Of a stretch of 64,000 nt of DNA, positions 63,387 to 64,000 are shown in pieces (the first letter of the stretch is position 1; every line of letters starts with the position of its first letter). The notes below the pieces were generated by a model, which was not told the DNA's origin, searched no databases, and saw only the letters and a program-made list of their open reading frames with translations. This DNA comes from Phoronis australis (taxonomy: Eukaryota > Animalia > Phoronida), in assembly GCA_002633005.1 (NCBI GenBank), contig NMRA01000297.1, positions 462,993 to 526,992 on the forward strand. The letters run 5' to 3'. The position numbers and the translations under genes are program-made.

Positions 63387-64000
63387 CCCACTCACTCCCA
63401 AATTCTTATTTTGTTGCAATTTTCATTTATGTCATGTGCCTTGACACTTTATTAAAGAGTTTTGATCATTTTAATGGAAAAGTTGTTATTTGGGGTCATA
63501 TTGGGGTCATTTGTAATCGTCCAATTAATGGGACAGTGGGAAAAATGGGTGCTATATACAACATAAAAGCAAATTTATTTTTTACATAATTCCAATTCAT
63601 TTTATTACTTTATATGGATTAACACATTGTTTTCATGCATATAAAATGAACAAGAACTTATCATAATAACAATTATGACTTATTTTAAGACAATTATCGC
63701 TAACAAACTATTTTTGAAATATTGCGTACTGCAGTTTTATTTCGTATTCGGCCACAGTAACATGTTGTTATGACGGCATTGAGGCTGAGTAATGTCACTG
63801 GTGGTATGCAACAAAGCATATGTCATGCAGGTTCGCATAACACTTGCTGCAGGCTTTTGTGGTTTTCTTTCCACAGACAAAACAGCGACGCTGAGTAGGC
63901 CGAGTGATGATATAGTGCTCAGTTTTGTCCATACGAACTTCATCAAGGACATTCTTAGAAAATGGAGTCGCACTTCTTGGTCTTCCCATCAGATTAGCTG
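63387..64000 (-). mobile_element. piggyBac transposon, 3' end
   Basis: TTAA|CCC terminus at 63383-63389; transposase C-terminus points toward it. Confidence 0.8.
63795..63998 (-). CDS. piggyBac transposase C-terminal Cys-rich domain (partial, frame open to the window edge)
   Basis: GRPRS..VRMDKTEHYII..QRRCFVCGKKTTKACSKCYANLHDICFVAYHQ*. Confidence 0.82.
   Translation of the reverse strand, partial: ANLMGRPRSATPFSKNVLDEVRMDKTEHYIITRPTQRRCFVCGKKTTKACSKCYANLHDICFVAYHQ

Overview
Animal (marine-invertebrate-like, AT-rich, gapped draft assembly) genomic DNA, not prokaryotic. The window is spanned by the 3' part of one + strand multi-exon gene that I spliced by hand: 21 exons from 157 to 62370, about 1560 codons with no in-frame stop, and the 5' end upstream of the window. 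It encodes a large single-pass membrane protein built from SVEP1/polydom-type modules: HYR-Sushi-HYR-Sushi-linker(RQKR)-EphRec-like-EGF-EGF-TSP1x3-EGF-EGF-Sushi-linker(RFKR)-EphRec-like-10 x 17-aa CxxC repeats-Ser/Thr stalk-TM-short tail. The introns are packed with nested transposons: THAP-only TTAA elements (Kolobok-like, 4 copies), an Ingi-like LINE, two Penelope-like elements with hammerhead-type motifs, a 5.8-kb Academ-like element carrying THAP and HIRAN remnants, four CA..TG-ended elements with 5-bp TSDs, a TA-flanked MITE, hairpin elements, SINE heads and minisatellites. A piggyBac end lies downstream of the gene. Family assignments come from remembered motifs, not database searches. 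I see no clearly new biological system; the best leads are the gene's duplicated, furin-site-bearing architecture with possible alternative 3' ends, and the transposon/ribozyme features.
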